From Gemmatimonadaceae bacterium (GTDB taxonomy: Bacteria; Gemmatimonadota; Gemmatimonadetes; Gemmatimonadales; Gemmatimonadaceae): DNA of 64,000 nt. Made by a program: the position numbers and the translations under genes. Shown here piece after piece: positions 48,327 to 57,261 of the stretch (position 1 is the stretch's first letter; the number at the start of each line of letters is the position of its first letter). The stretch lies in assembly GCA_044224875.1 (NCBI GenBank), contig JBGAJQ010000005.1, forward strand, positions 64,001-128,000, given 5' to 3'. The notes under the pieces were generated by a model that did not search any database, was not told the DNA's origin, and was given only the letters and a program-made list of their open reading frames with translations.

Positions 48327-50737
48327 CCGACCGTCCGCATGACAACTCCCCTTCCTTCGACCGACGTGAGCCGCTAGCGTCACCGGTCATGTCGACGATG
48401 TGGATGCTGGGGCGGATCGGACTCGCCAACGACGACGGGCGCGAGGTCGATGAGCTCCTCCGTCAGCCAAAACGACTGGCGTTGCTGGCATATTTGGCGT
48501 CTCCGGTGCCCGGCACCTGGCACCGCCGCGATACGTTACTGGCCCATTTCTGGCCGGAGCTCGATGTGGCGCGGTCTCGGACCGCGCTCCGCAACGCGCT
48601 GTACGTGCTGCGGCGCCACTTGCCGGACGGTACCATCCGCACTCGCGGGGACGACGATGTCTCACTGGACCCGGCGATGCTCTCCACGGACGTCGCCTCC
48701 TTTCAGGATGCGTGCAACGCCGGACGACACGAGGAAGCGTGCGGTGCGTATCACGGCGACCTCCTTCCCGGTCTGTTCGTGCAGGACGCGGAGGGATTCG
48801 AGAAGTGGCTGGACGATGAGCGCCGCCGGCTGCGCCGTCTCGCGCACACGTCATCACTCGCGGTGGCCACACAACGCGAGTCCTCAGGTGACTGGCGTGG
48901 AGCTGCAGCGGCCTTGGGGCGCGCAGTGGAACTCGAGCCCGACGACGAGGCGAGCGCTCGGCGCCTCATGGCATTGTACGATGGCGTCGGAGATCGCGCG
49001 CAAGCCCTGGCCACCTTCGATACCCTCACGCGCCGGCTCGATGCCGAATTCGGCGCGAGTCCTTCGCCAGAAACGACGGCACTGGCCGCGGCGATCAAGC
49101 AGCGGCGCATCGCTGACCCATCGATCGCCTCCGCTGTGACGGCAGCGGTTCCGGACTCGCTACCCGACTTCACGCCGCGCTCCGATCCGCGCACCGACGG
49201 TGTTGAGCCGACGACCCCAGGTGAACGCGGGGTGGCCGTGCCATCAGTCGACACGTCGCGGAAGCGCCAGTGGGCGTCTCGGCGGGTGCTGCTGCTGGCC
49301 GGTGGCGTGGTGATCGCGCTGCTTGCCTTTCGCCTAACGCGATCCGCCAATGCCACGCCGGCGGAACGTGCGCTCATGATCGGGCGCGTGCGCAACATGG
49401 CTGGGCCCTCATTTGACTATGTCTCCGCCGGCCTCTCCACCGACCTGTCTCGGCGTCTCGGAGCCATTGAGGGTCTGCGGCTGGCCGCCGTCAGCTCCTT
49501 CGAGGTGGACTCGATTGCGGATACCTCCGTCGTCAGCGCCGGCCGGACCTTCGGAAGCCGCATCGTGCTCGACCTGCAGCTGGATCGCGACGGCGACAGT
49601 CTCCAGGTATCCACGAGTGCGTTGGACGTGACGAGCGGACGCCGGCGGGACCTGGGGCACGTCCGATTCACCGCCGCACGCATCCCTGATGCCGCGAGCC
49701 GGCTCGCAGCATCGGTGGCGGGAGCCATTCTGCGCGTTCCGCTGCCGGAACTGCCAGGCGCGCGGCCACCGACGTCGGATTCCTTGTCCTACCGGCTCAC
49801 GATTCTGGGGTGGCGCGAGCAGATCGTCGGCAAACCCGCAACGGCGCGGCAACTCTTTGGCGACGCGATTGCGGCGGACCCCATGAATGCACGCGCGCAG
49901 GCGGGGTTGGCGTCTGCGTTCTCCGCGATGTCGTTCCAGGCTCAACTCCCCTGGCAGGACGGGTCACGGAGTGCCGTTGCAGCTGCAGAACGGGCGATCG
50001 CCCTGGATTCCACGCAAGCGTCGGCCTGGGGGACGTTGGGAATCTTTCGCGCATTGGACGGTAACCTGGCGGACGGTGTGGCACTGTTCCGCAAAGGGCT
50101 TCGCATGGAACCAGCCAATCCCGAAGTGCGTTGGGCTATGGAGGGGATGTATCGGCTGGCGTGGGAGTGGGACAAGGCGCTCGACGCGATCCGCATGGCA
50201 CGCGCATTGTCTCCACTCGACGTTCGATACGTCGCCATGGAAGCCGACGTCGACTTTTGCGCAGGCCGGCCAGACGATGCCTTGGCGACGCTGCGCGATG
50301 GACTTCGCACCGATCCCGGGAATCGTGCCTTTCGGCGAGCCGAAGCCCGTGCCTTGGCGGGACTTGGTCGCTGGGATGAGGCGCTGCAGGCGTGGCGTCG
50401 CGGCGTATCGCCACAGGACACCGTGCTCACCACGAGGCTCACCAAGGGTCGCGGCGAAGCGGACTACTGGGCGGCGGATTCTGTCGTCGCGGAACGCCAG
50501 CTGACGACGCTGGAGTTGGCGGCGCGCCAAGGGGGCTGGGTGTCTCTATGGAAGCTCGGCACGTTGCAGGTTGGAGCTGGTCGGGTAGAGGAGGGTCTGG
50601 CGACGCTCGAACGCCTGCGTGTGGCGCGAGAGGCCCCCGTCCTCAAGCTTCCCTGCAATCCCCTACTGGACCGCGCGCGGCGTGATCCGCGGTTCATCCA
50701 GTTGCTCGAACGAGTCGCGAAAGACCGTCCTCGCTGA
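48323..50737 (+). CDS. BTAD/SARP-type regulator with TM segment, TolB-like domain and TPRs
   Basis: QPKRLALLAYLA, RRD.LLA.FWPE, LRNALY.LR, EP.DE...RRLM, PSPET; ATGA overlap with the receptor. Confidence 0.9.
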   Translation: MTDRPHDNSPSFDRREPLASPVMSTMWMLGRIGLANDDGREVDELLRQPKRLALLAYLASPVPGTWHRRDTLLAHFWPELDVARSRTALRNALYVLRRHLPDGTIRTRGDDDVSLDPAMLSTDVASFQDACNAGRHEEACGAYHGDLLPGLFVQDAEGFEKWLDDERRRLRRLAHTSSLAVATQRESSGDWRGAAAALGRAVELEPDDEASARRLMALYDGVGDRAQALATFDTLTRRLDAEFGASPSPETTALAAAIKQRRIADPSIASAVTAAVPDSLPDFTPRSDPRTDGVEPTTPGERGVAVPSVDTSRKRQWASRRVLLLAGGVVIALLAFRLTRSANATPAERALMIGRVRNMAGPSFDYVSAGLSTDLSRRLGAIEGLRLAAVSSFEVDSIADTSVVSAGRTFGSRIVLDLQLDRDGDSLQVSTSALDVTSGRRRDLGHVRFTAARIPDAASRLAASVAGAILRVPLPELPGARPPTSDSLSYRLTILGWREQIVGKPATARQLFGDAIAADPMNARAQAGLASAFSAMSFQAQLPWQDGSRSAVAAAERAIALDSTQASAWGTLGIFRALDGNLADGVALFRKGLRMEPANPEVRWAMEGMYRLAWEWDKALDAIRMARALSPLDVRYVAMEADVDFCAGRPDDALATLRDGLRTDPGNRAFRRAEARALAGLGRWDEALQAWRRGVSPQDTVLTTRLTKGRGEADYWAADSVVAERQLTTLELAARQGGWVSLWKLGTLQVGAGRVEEGLATLERLRVAREAPVLKLPCNPLLDRARRDPRFIQLLERVAKDRPR

Positions 50738-50888
50738 GCCGGACTCCGCGGTGGGGTGCTGAACAACGCGCTCGCGCCGTCTTCCAAACGTCACCTGCAA
50801 TTCCTAACGGCTGCGAGGCGTTGGCGAGACGCCACGCGTGCATGATCGGGTCGTTGTCGATCGTCGCATCCTCTGACCCGCTCCTCGC

Positions 50889-51722
50889 ATGCGCCCTCCC
50901 TGCAGTGCTTTCGGTGAACGACTCGCTTCCGCAGCCCTGATTCTGATGCCGCTCATACTGCTTGGTGCTTGCCGCGGCTCGGACTCGCGCATTGTCGATC
51001 CAGTCCCAATACGCGTCGTCCCGCCATCCTTCGCCCTCATGCGCATGGTCGGACCGCAGTGGCTGGTTTCTGGAAGTGCCGCCAGATACTCGGCGTTGGT
51101 GGACAGAGCGGACCGCGGCCGTTGGAGCTGGTCATCATCGGATCCAGCGTTACAGCTCATTTCCACCATCGACTCCGACACGGCAGTCGTCTTGGCGCGT
51201 TTACCCGGGACAGTGATTTTGAGCGTGTCAGCGGCCGCTACGGATACCGCGCGCCGCGCGATCACCGTGTTGCCGCGGCCGACGAGTTCGACGCCCATAG
51301 AACAATCCCCCGTCGAAGCGTCGTGGGCGTTCCGCTTGATGCGCCTCCGTGCCGATCCGACGGGCGATTACCAGGATAGCTACGCACCGTTGGTGGAGCT
51401 CAAGCCGCGTGTGGCTGGCGATCTCTGGATTCTCGAGGCGACGATCGAGCTTCCCGGCGTGTCGTTGGTGAAGAGTCGCTGCTCGACGAACCGGAAACTT
51501 GGCACTGGCGCGCAACTGTTCGGACTTGGGGATGGTGTGTGGCTCGGCGCGCCAGCTACCGATGATGAGGCGGTCGCCGCGCCAGTGTTGCATCTGGTCG
51601 TGATGGACTCGACGGGGGCTACGACGCAAGTCAGTCTCACCGGGACAGTGGTGCCCTATGATTTCGCGCTCGTCCCCACAACGCAATACCGAACGATGGA
51701 CGAAGCCTGGTACTGTCGCTGA
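50889..51722 (+). CDS. Ig-like (Big_2-like) lipoprotein, paralog 1 of 3
   Basis: Lipobox LGAC; WSWSSSD; RCSTNR; C-terminal W.C. Confidence 0.8.
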   Translation: MRPPCSAFGERLASAALILMPLILLGACRGSDSRIVDPVPIRVVPPSFALMRMVGPQWLVSGSAARYSALVDRADRGRWSWSSSDPALQLISTIDSDTAVVLARLPGTVILSVSAAATDTARRAITVLPRPTSSTPIEQSPVEASWAFRLMRLRADPTGDYQDSYAPLVELKPRVAGDLWILEATIELPGVSLVKSRCSTNRKLGTGAQLFGLGDGVWLGAPATDDEAVAAPVLHLVVMDSTGATTQVSLTGTVVPYDFALVPTTQYRTMDEAWYCR

Positions 51723-51840
51723 ACGTCGGGCCCCGTCTCATGACCGCGACCACGGAGCAGATGACGTTCGCGTGACGGCGGAGAGACTCGTCCCATGCAT
51801 GATCGGACGTCCTCGTGCGATCCCACCTTTCACCTTCGTG

Positions 51841-52689
51841 ATGCTCGTGCGCACCTTCTACTCATTTCGCCCCGGCCGCTACGCGGTCGCGAGCCTGCTC
51901 GTGAGCCTCGCTGCCTGCGGCGGGTCGGACTCGGGCGTTGTCAACCCATACCCAGCCCCTGTCGTTCCCCCGGCATTTCCGTCGTTGCTGTCGCTGCACG
52001 GCCCAACGTGGCTGGTATCGGGAACGCACGCGTCCTATCGCGCGAGCGTGGACTTCAACGGGACCGGATCGTGCTGTGGCCTAGGTTGGAGCTGGTCGTC
52101 GTCCGACCCGGCGGTGCAGGTGTCCTGGGCGCTCGGCCCCGAGGCGAACGTACAGGCCGGCGCCGCTGGCAGCGCCTCGCTGCGTGTCTGGGCGTTCGGA
52201 ACAGATACCGCGAACACGAACATTACCGTCCTGCCGCGACCGGTGGCGGCGACGCCGATGGAACAGACGCCGGTTGTCGTGGCGTCATTTCGCCTGTTGC
52301 AGCTGAAAACCGGGCAGTCGGACGTCTTCTTCTTTCCACTGGTGAATCTCGCGCAACGCGTGCCTGGCGACAACTGGATCCTGGAGGCGACGGTCGAGCT
52401 TCCCGGTGTTTCGCTACAGTCCAGTCGCTGCTCCACGAATCGGAAGGTGGGAGAAGGCGGCCCATTGTTTGGCTTGGTTGGCGGATACTACGGTGATCCG
52501 GAGCTGCTGATGCAGGCGGACAGCTCCGCCCGTGCCACCGGCAACCCAGTGTTGCATCTGATCCTGACGGATGCCCTGGGTACCCGCACGACAGAAGTCA
52601 AAGTCACGGGGACCCTGCTGCCATACGACGTCTTCCTCATTCCTGAATCGCGCTACCTGAAAGCCGACGAAGCCTGGTTCTGCGACTGA
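51841..52689 (+). CDS. Ig-like lipoprotein, paralog 2 of 3
   Basis: Lipobox LAAC; same motif set. Confidence 0.8.
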   Translation: MLVRTFYSFRPGRYAVASLLVSLAACGGSDSGVVNPYPAPVVPPAFPSLLSLHGPTWLVSGTHASYRASVDFNGTGSCCGLGWSWSSSDPAVQVSWALGPEANVQAGAAGSASLRVWAFGTDTANTNITVLPRPVAATPMEQTPVVVASFRLLQLKTGQSDVFFFPLVNLAQRVPGDNWILEATVELPGVSLQSSRCSTNRKVGEGGPLFGLVGGYYGDPELLMQADSSARATGNPVLHLILTDALGTRTTEVKVTGTLLPYDVFLIPESRYLKADEAWFCD

Positions 52690-52759
52690 ACTCAAGAGTC
52701 GGAAGGAGCAAGAGTTGGATGTTGTCGGTCGCCTTCCTAACGCTCAACCGGAGACTTTC

Positions 52760-53599
52760 GTGCGCCACCAGTGCTTCGTGAGTCGCCGTTCGTTGTCCAC
52801 GGTGCTGCTGCTAGTCACGCTCGGTGCTTGCCACGATGCAGACGGCCCGGGTGTCGTCGACCCCCTTCCGGTGCCGGCTCCCAAGGCTGCCCTCGTGCCG
52901 TTGGCTCTCCATGGCCCAACATGGTTGGTATCGGGTGCGCCAGCCGCATTCTGGTCCAGCTTCTCCCAGAATGTGCCGCAAGGATTCAACCCCAGTGGTT
53001 GGAGCTGGGCATCCTCCGATGCGGATGTGCTGTCGTTCGGCTTCGTCGCTTCGTGGGCGGTTGTTCAAGCAGGGGTAACAGGCACGGCCTGGCTGAGTGC
53101 GTCCGGCTTCCTGAGCGATACGGCGCGTAAGCTCGTCACGGTGCTACCGCGGCCGACCGAAACCACCCCAATAGAGCAGGCGCCGATCACAGCCTCGTCC
53201 TTTCGACTGCTCCAGCTGAACACCGGGCAATCCGATGTCTACTTCACGCCGTTGGTCGATGTCGCGGCACGCCTCGCCGGCGATCCCGTGATTCTCGAAG
53301 CAACGATCGATCTTCCGGGGGTTCCCCTCACGCTGAATCGCTGCTCGACGAACCGCAGGGTCGGCCGGGGCGGACCATTGTTCGGAGAGAGTTATGGCGA
53401 CCAGGAACTCTGGCTTCAGGCAGATTCGACAGCCCACGCCACGGGGAATCCGGTGTTGCACCTGATAGTCCTCGACGCGGTGGGACGCGCCACGCGGATC
53501 AGTCTCCCAGGCACCGTCATGCCTTTCGACGCGACGCTCATGCCGCCGTCCAGATATCTTGGCGTAGACGATGGCTGGTCCTGCGGCTCGGCACCCTAG
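52760..53599 (+). CDS. Ig-like lipoprotein, paralog 3 of 3
   Basis: GGAG then GTG 52760; lipobox LGAC; same motif set. Confidence 0.8.
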   Translation: MRHQCFVSRRSLSTVLLLVTLGACHDADGPGVVDPLPVPAPKAALVPLALHGPTWLVSGAPAAFWSSFSQNVPQGFNPSGWSWASSDADVLSFGFVASWAVVQAGVTGTAWLSASGFLSDTARKLVTVLPRPTETTPIEQAPITASSFRLLQLNTGQSDVYFTPLVDVAARLAGDPVILEATIDLPGVPLTLNRCSTNRRVGRGGPLFGESYGDQELWLQADSTAHATGNPVLHLIVLDAVGRATRISLPGTVMPFDATLMPPSRYLGVDDGWSCGSAP

Positions 53600-54129
53600 G
53601 GGAAGAGGGAGAGGCCCAGTACGATCGGTCCATTCCGGGAGCGGCTCGCCCCGATCAATGGCTGTTGCACGGCGCTTCTTACGCCAGTATGAGCCGGATG
53701 CGGCTGTCCAACGCGCCGATTCGGGCGCGCCGTTCGTTCCGGCGACCGTCGGTTTTGGGGTTGATCGGGCCTGTCATGCGAGGGCGCCTAGGAAGCCCCA
53801 TGCTCGCCCAACCGACGGAGGAAAACAGCTTGAGACCAACATTAGCCCTTTCATATCTCCGAAGGAGGGACGTGAGGCCCCGGTGTCAGGCGTTCGCGTC
53901 CATCGACAGAAGGAGACGTCTGGGCCTAGGCGATGTTGCAGCAGGTCGACACATCGAGGCGGCGCCAGCGGACACGGGGGCTTGAAGGCGTTGGACCTGG
54001 CCGGAGAAGCTTCCCGCACATTCGCTCCGATTCGAGCTGTTACCTCCGTTCACCCTGTTCCTCTCCCCCGCGCGCGGTTAGCTTCGCCGACGCGGGCGCG
54101 ACTCGAACATACCTTGCGGAGGACGTGGC

Positions 54130-56691
54130 ATGCGGATGACGATGGCGCTTCCCGCGGCGGCGGCGATTTTGCTCGCCGCCTGTACCGACGCACCGAGCAG
54201 CGTGCGCTCGCCCATTTCACCCTCGGCAGCGACGGCGGCTTCTGAATCGATGGGATTCGGCAGCCACAACGTACCGCCGCGTGTTGTCCCGACCGTTCCA
54301 ATGGCTGCGGCAGCGCGCGCGTCTGGGACATCGTCGGCCCCCGGACCAATCGTCTACCATTCACCGGGGCGAGTCATTCCGCAGCCCAAGGTGGCGACTA
54401 TCTATTGGAGCAACAGCGTCGTTTACGCTGGCGGGCCGGCGCCCGGCACAAACGGCGTCGGGACGGGTGACGGATCGGTTGTCGGCAGTTTCCTTCGCTC
54501 GTTAGGTGGTTCGTCGTACTGGAGCATCCTGAACGACTACACGGACAACGTGGGCGCGCCACATCGCGTGGGGAACACCCTGAACTACACGCGTTTCATG
54601 GCAAACAACGCCGGCGCGCCTGCGCCCGGCGCCGTGGTCAGCGACGCATCGATTCGCACGATGTTGAAGTCGGTGGTCGGAACGGCGACGCTTCCGTTCG
54701 ACCAGCAGACGATCTACGTCGTGTTTGCGGGCACGGCCGTCAACCTGGGTGGCGGGTTCGGGACAACGTACTGTTCGTACCACGGCTTCTTCGCCCGGCC
54801 GAACAATCCTGGCCAGTGGATCCTGTATGCGGTGATGCCATACGCCGCGGACCAGGTGGGCGTGTGTACGGCGATCAATACGCCGGGAACCGGATCTCCC
54901 AATGACTTCGCCTCCGACGCCGAGGTGAACCTGCTCGCCGCGACCCTCGACGGTTCGTACACCGACCCCGGTGCGAACGCGTGGTTCGACGCCGGTGGCC
55001 TCGAGAACGCGTCGATGTGTGCGTGGCAATTCACGCCAACATTCACGGCGGCGAATGGCTCCACGGCGAACGTGACGTTAGGTGGCAAGGACTACCTGAT
55101 CCAGCAGAACTGGCGCATTGGCCCGAACGTGGGAAGCCAGATCGGGTGTTCGCTCGCTGGCAGCGTCCCGTTGATCAGTTTGTCGCCCACCACCCTGACG
55201 TTCAACGCGATCCAGAATCAGGGCAATCCCTCCAGCCAGTTCAGCGTGATCACGAACGGCGGTGGCGGAACGCTCAACGGCCTAAGTCTCGGGACGATTA
55301 CGTACGGGCCAGGCGCGACGGGGTGGCTGCAAGCCCCGGTGCTCAGCTCACCGACCGCCAACCCATCGGCGACCGTCACGGTACAGCCGACAACGGGGGC
55401 CCTCGCTGCCGGCTCGTACACGGCCGCCATTCCGGTGTTGTCCACCGCAGCCTCGAACTCGCCGCAGAAGGTCTCGATCGTCTTCAACATTGCACCCGCG
55501 GTGGCATCCGTCACGGTCGCTCCATCGTCGGCGAACGTGGCAGTTGGCGCCACCCAGCAACTGACCGCCACCCTGAAGGACGCCAATGGCAACGTCCTGA
55601 CGGGCCGACAGGTTCAGTGGTCCTCACCGAATGTGGCCATCGCCACCGTCGGCTCGACCGGATTGGTGACCGGTGTCGCCGCCGGTGGTCCGATCAACAT
55701 CTCGGCAACATCCGAGGGCGTGAGCGGCACCTCGGCCATCACGGTCACGAGCGGAGGCGTTACCTCCGTGGTCGTCACGCCGAGTTCTGGTTCACTTCGT
55801 GGATCCACGCCAGGCTTCGGGTGGACGCAGCAACTGTCCGCGGTCGTCAACGGACCACCAGGGGTGGACCAGACCGTTACGTGGGCTTCTGGCAACAGCA
55901 ACATCGCCAGCGTGTCGGTGAGCGGACTCGTCGTGGCGAACGCGGCTGGGCAGACGCAGATCACGGCGACCTCTGTCGCGGACCCGACCAAGTTTGGGAC
56001 CTATGACGTGACGGTCGTCGACGGCTGCACCAACATCATGCCCGTGCCAGTCGGCTACACAATGCCGACGACCTTCCTCTGCGCGAGCGGCAGGGACAAC
56101 TATTCATATACGGCGCCGACCAACACGTGGGTGCAGCTCGAGGCGGCGATGTTCGCGCAGAACGGATGCGGAGCGTTCTTCACCCCATTCGAGTACGTCG
56201 TGGGCATCTTGAGCACGTCCCGCGCCTACTCGCGCAGCTGCTCCCTTACCCAGACTGCGTTTGCGTTCGTGCGCGCAGGCCCGAATCGGTTCAACCTGCA
56301 GAAGGGGACGAATCCGTTTGCCTTCCAGTACTTCTATACCGGCGCCAGGCTCACGACAATCAGTGGGCTGCCCGTCTGCACGCCGTTTTCCTCAGACTAC
56401 GGTGTCACGTTCAGTGTCACCCTCACCGTGAGCTGCACGTCGCACCTCGCGCTACTCGCGGCGCGCGTCGGCAGCGTAGGAATCTCCGCCACGTCGGCCA
56501 CCATGGCCGTGACCATCGACTTCATCAACAACAGCACAGGCACCGTCGTGGCCACAGCCACATCGGCAGGAGCGGGGGCCACGGCCACGATTCCGCTTCA
56601 GGCAACAGCGCTTTCGGATGCCTACAACGTGAGGATCCTCCCGGCAGTGCCGGGCAACACAGGCACGGTGTCGGTGACCATCACCCCGTAG
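54130..56691 (+). CDS. Lipoprotein with Phi-1/EXORDIUM-like domain, BACON-like domain and two Big_2 domains
   Basis: Lipobox LAAC; IVYH.G, IYW, YC.YH, YAVMPY, SPN, TDP..NAW, EN..MC, YLIQQNW; VASVTVAP...WSS...IATV..TGLVT. Confidence 0.85.
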   Translation: MRMTMALPAAAAILLAACTDAPSSVRSPISPSAATAASESMGFGSHNVPPRVVPTVPMAAAARASGTSSAPGPIVYHSPGRVIPQPKVATIYWSNSVVYAGGPAPGTNGVGTGDGSVVGSFLRSLGGSSYWSILNDYTDNVGAPHRVGNTLNYTRFMANNAGAPAPGAVVSDASIRTMLKSVVGTATLPFDQQTIYVVFAGTAVNLGGGFGTTYCSYHGFFARPNNPGQWILYAVMPYAADQVGVCTAINTPGTGSPNDFASDAEVNLLAATLDGSYTDPGANAWFDAGGLENASMCAWQFTPTFTAANGSTANVTLGGKDYLIQQNWRIGPNVGSQIGCSLAGSVPLISLSPTTLTFNAIQNQGNPSSQFSVITNGGGGTLNGLSLGTITYGPGATGWLQAPVLSSPTANPSATVTVQPTTGALAAGSYTAAIPVLSTAASNSPQKVSIVFNIAPAVASVTVAPSSANVAVGATQQLTATLKDANGNVLTGRQVQWSSPNVAIATVGSTGLVTGVAAGGPINISATSEGVSGTSAITVTSGGVTSVVVTPSSGSLRGSTPGFGWTQQLSAVVNGPPGVDQTVTWASGNSNIASVSVSGLVVANAAGQTQITATSVADPTKFGTYDVTVVDGCTNIMPVPVGYTMPTTFLCASGRDNYSYTAPTNTWVQLEAAMFAQNGCGAFFTPFEYVVGILSTSRAYSRSCSLTQTAFAFVRAGPNRFNLQKGTNPFAFQYFYTGARLTTISGLPVCTPFSSDYGVTFSVTLTVSCTSHLALLAARVGSVGISATSATMAVTIDFINNSTGTVVATATSAGAGATATIPLQATALSDAYNVRILPAVPGNTGTVSVTITP

Positions 56692-57261
56692 TCGCGCCCG
56701 TCAGCAGCGACCGGGAGGCTCACCGAGCACTGGCCGCATGTTGACAGCGAAGGCGATGCAGGTGTCCGACGGCTCGGGCGCTTGCATCGCCTCGTCGCAG
56801 TGTGTGCTACCGAACTCGGGGCCCTCTGGCCGACCGAGCACGACCTCAGGTGTCGCTCCCATTGCGTCGGCAGCCGCCGGTTACCGCGACGGCGTTTTCG
56901 ACTGTTGCGGCTGCTGGTCCTGGACATCCTAACGGAACGAGTGAAAGTGCCAGCGCCAGCTCGGAAGCCGAGCCTCGCGATCACTGGCTGTGACACAGTA
57001 TACCCGACTCGTCGAACACGGCGCCTTCGCGCGGCGCGCGTGACGCCGGGGCCATGCGTCGGTGCAGGATCTCGTGCGGCGTGTCAAGGACTGACGGATC
57101 CGCACTTCCACGGGATCACTGAACGCGAAGGCACCGAAGCGAAACCACCAACACCAGAGGAGCCTCGCCAGAGGGTTGCACATAGACCCATCTGGGGTGG
57201 CCATAACCCCGTTCATACCCAGCCATTTGCGCACGGGTGGGACCGGTGCTTATCTCTGCTC

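Noticed and set aside
53600..54129. 530-bp spacer as a possible ncRNA or riboswitch
   Set aside because: No recognisable conserved motif or convincing structure by eye
56782..57261. 160-aa N-terminal extension of the second kinase
   Set aside because: Non-protein-like composition; kinase homology begins right after GTG 57262
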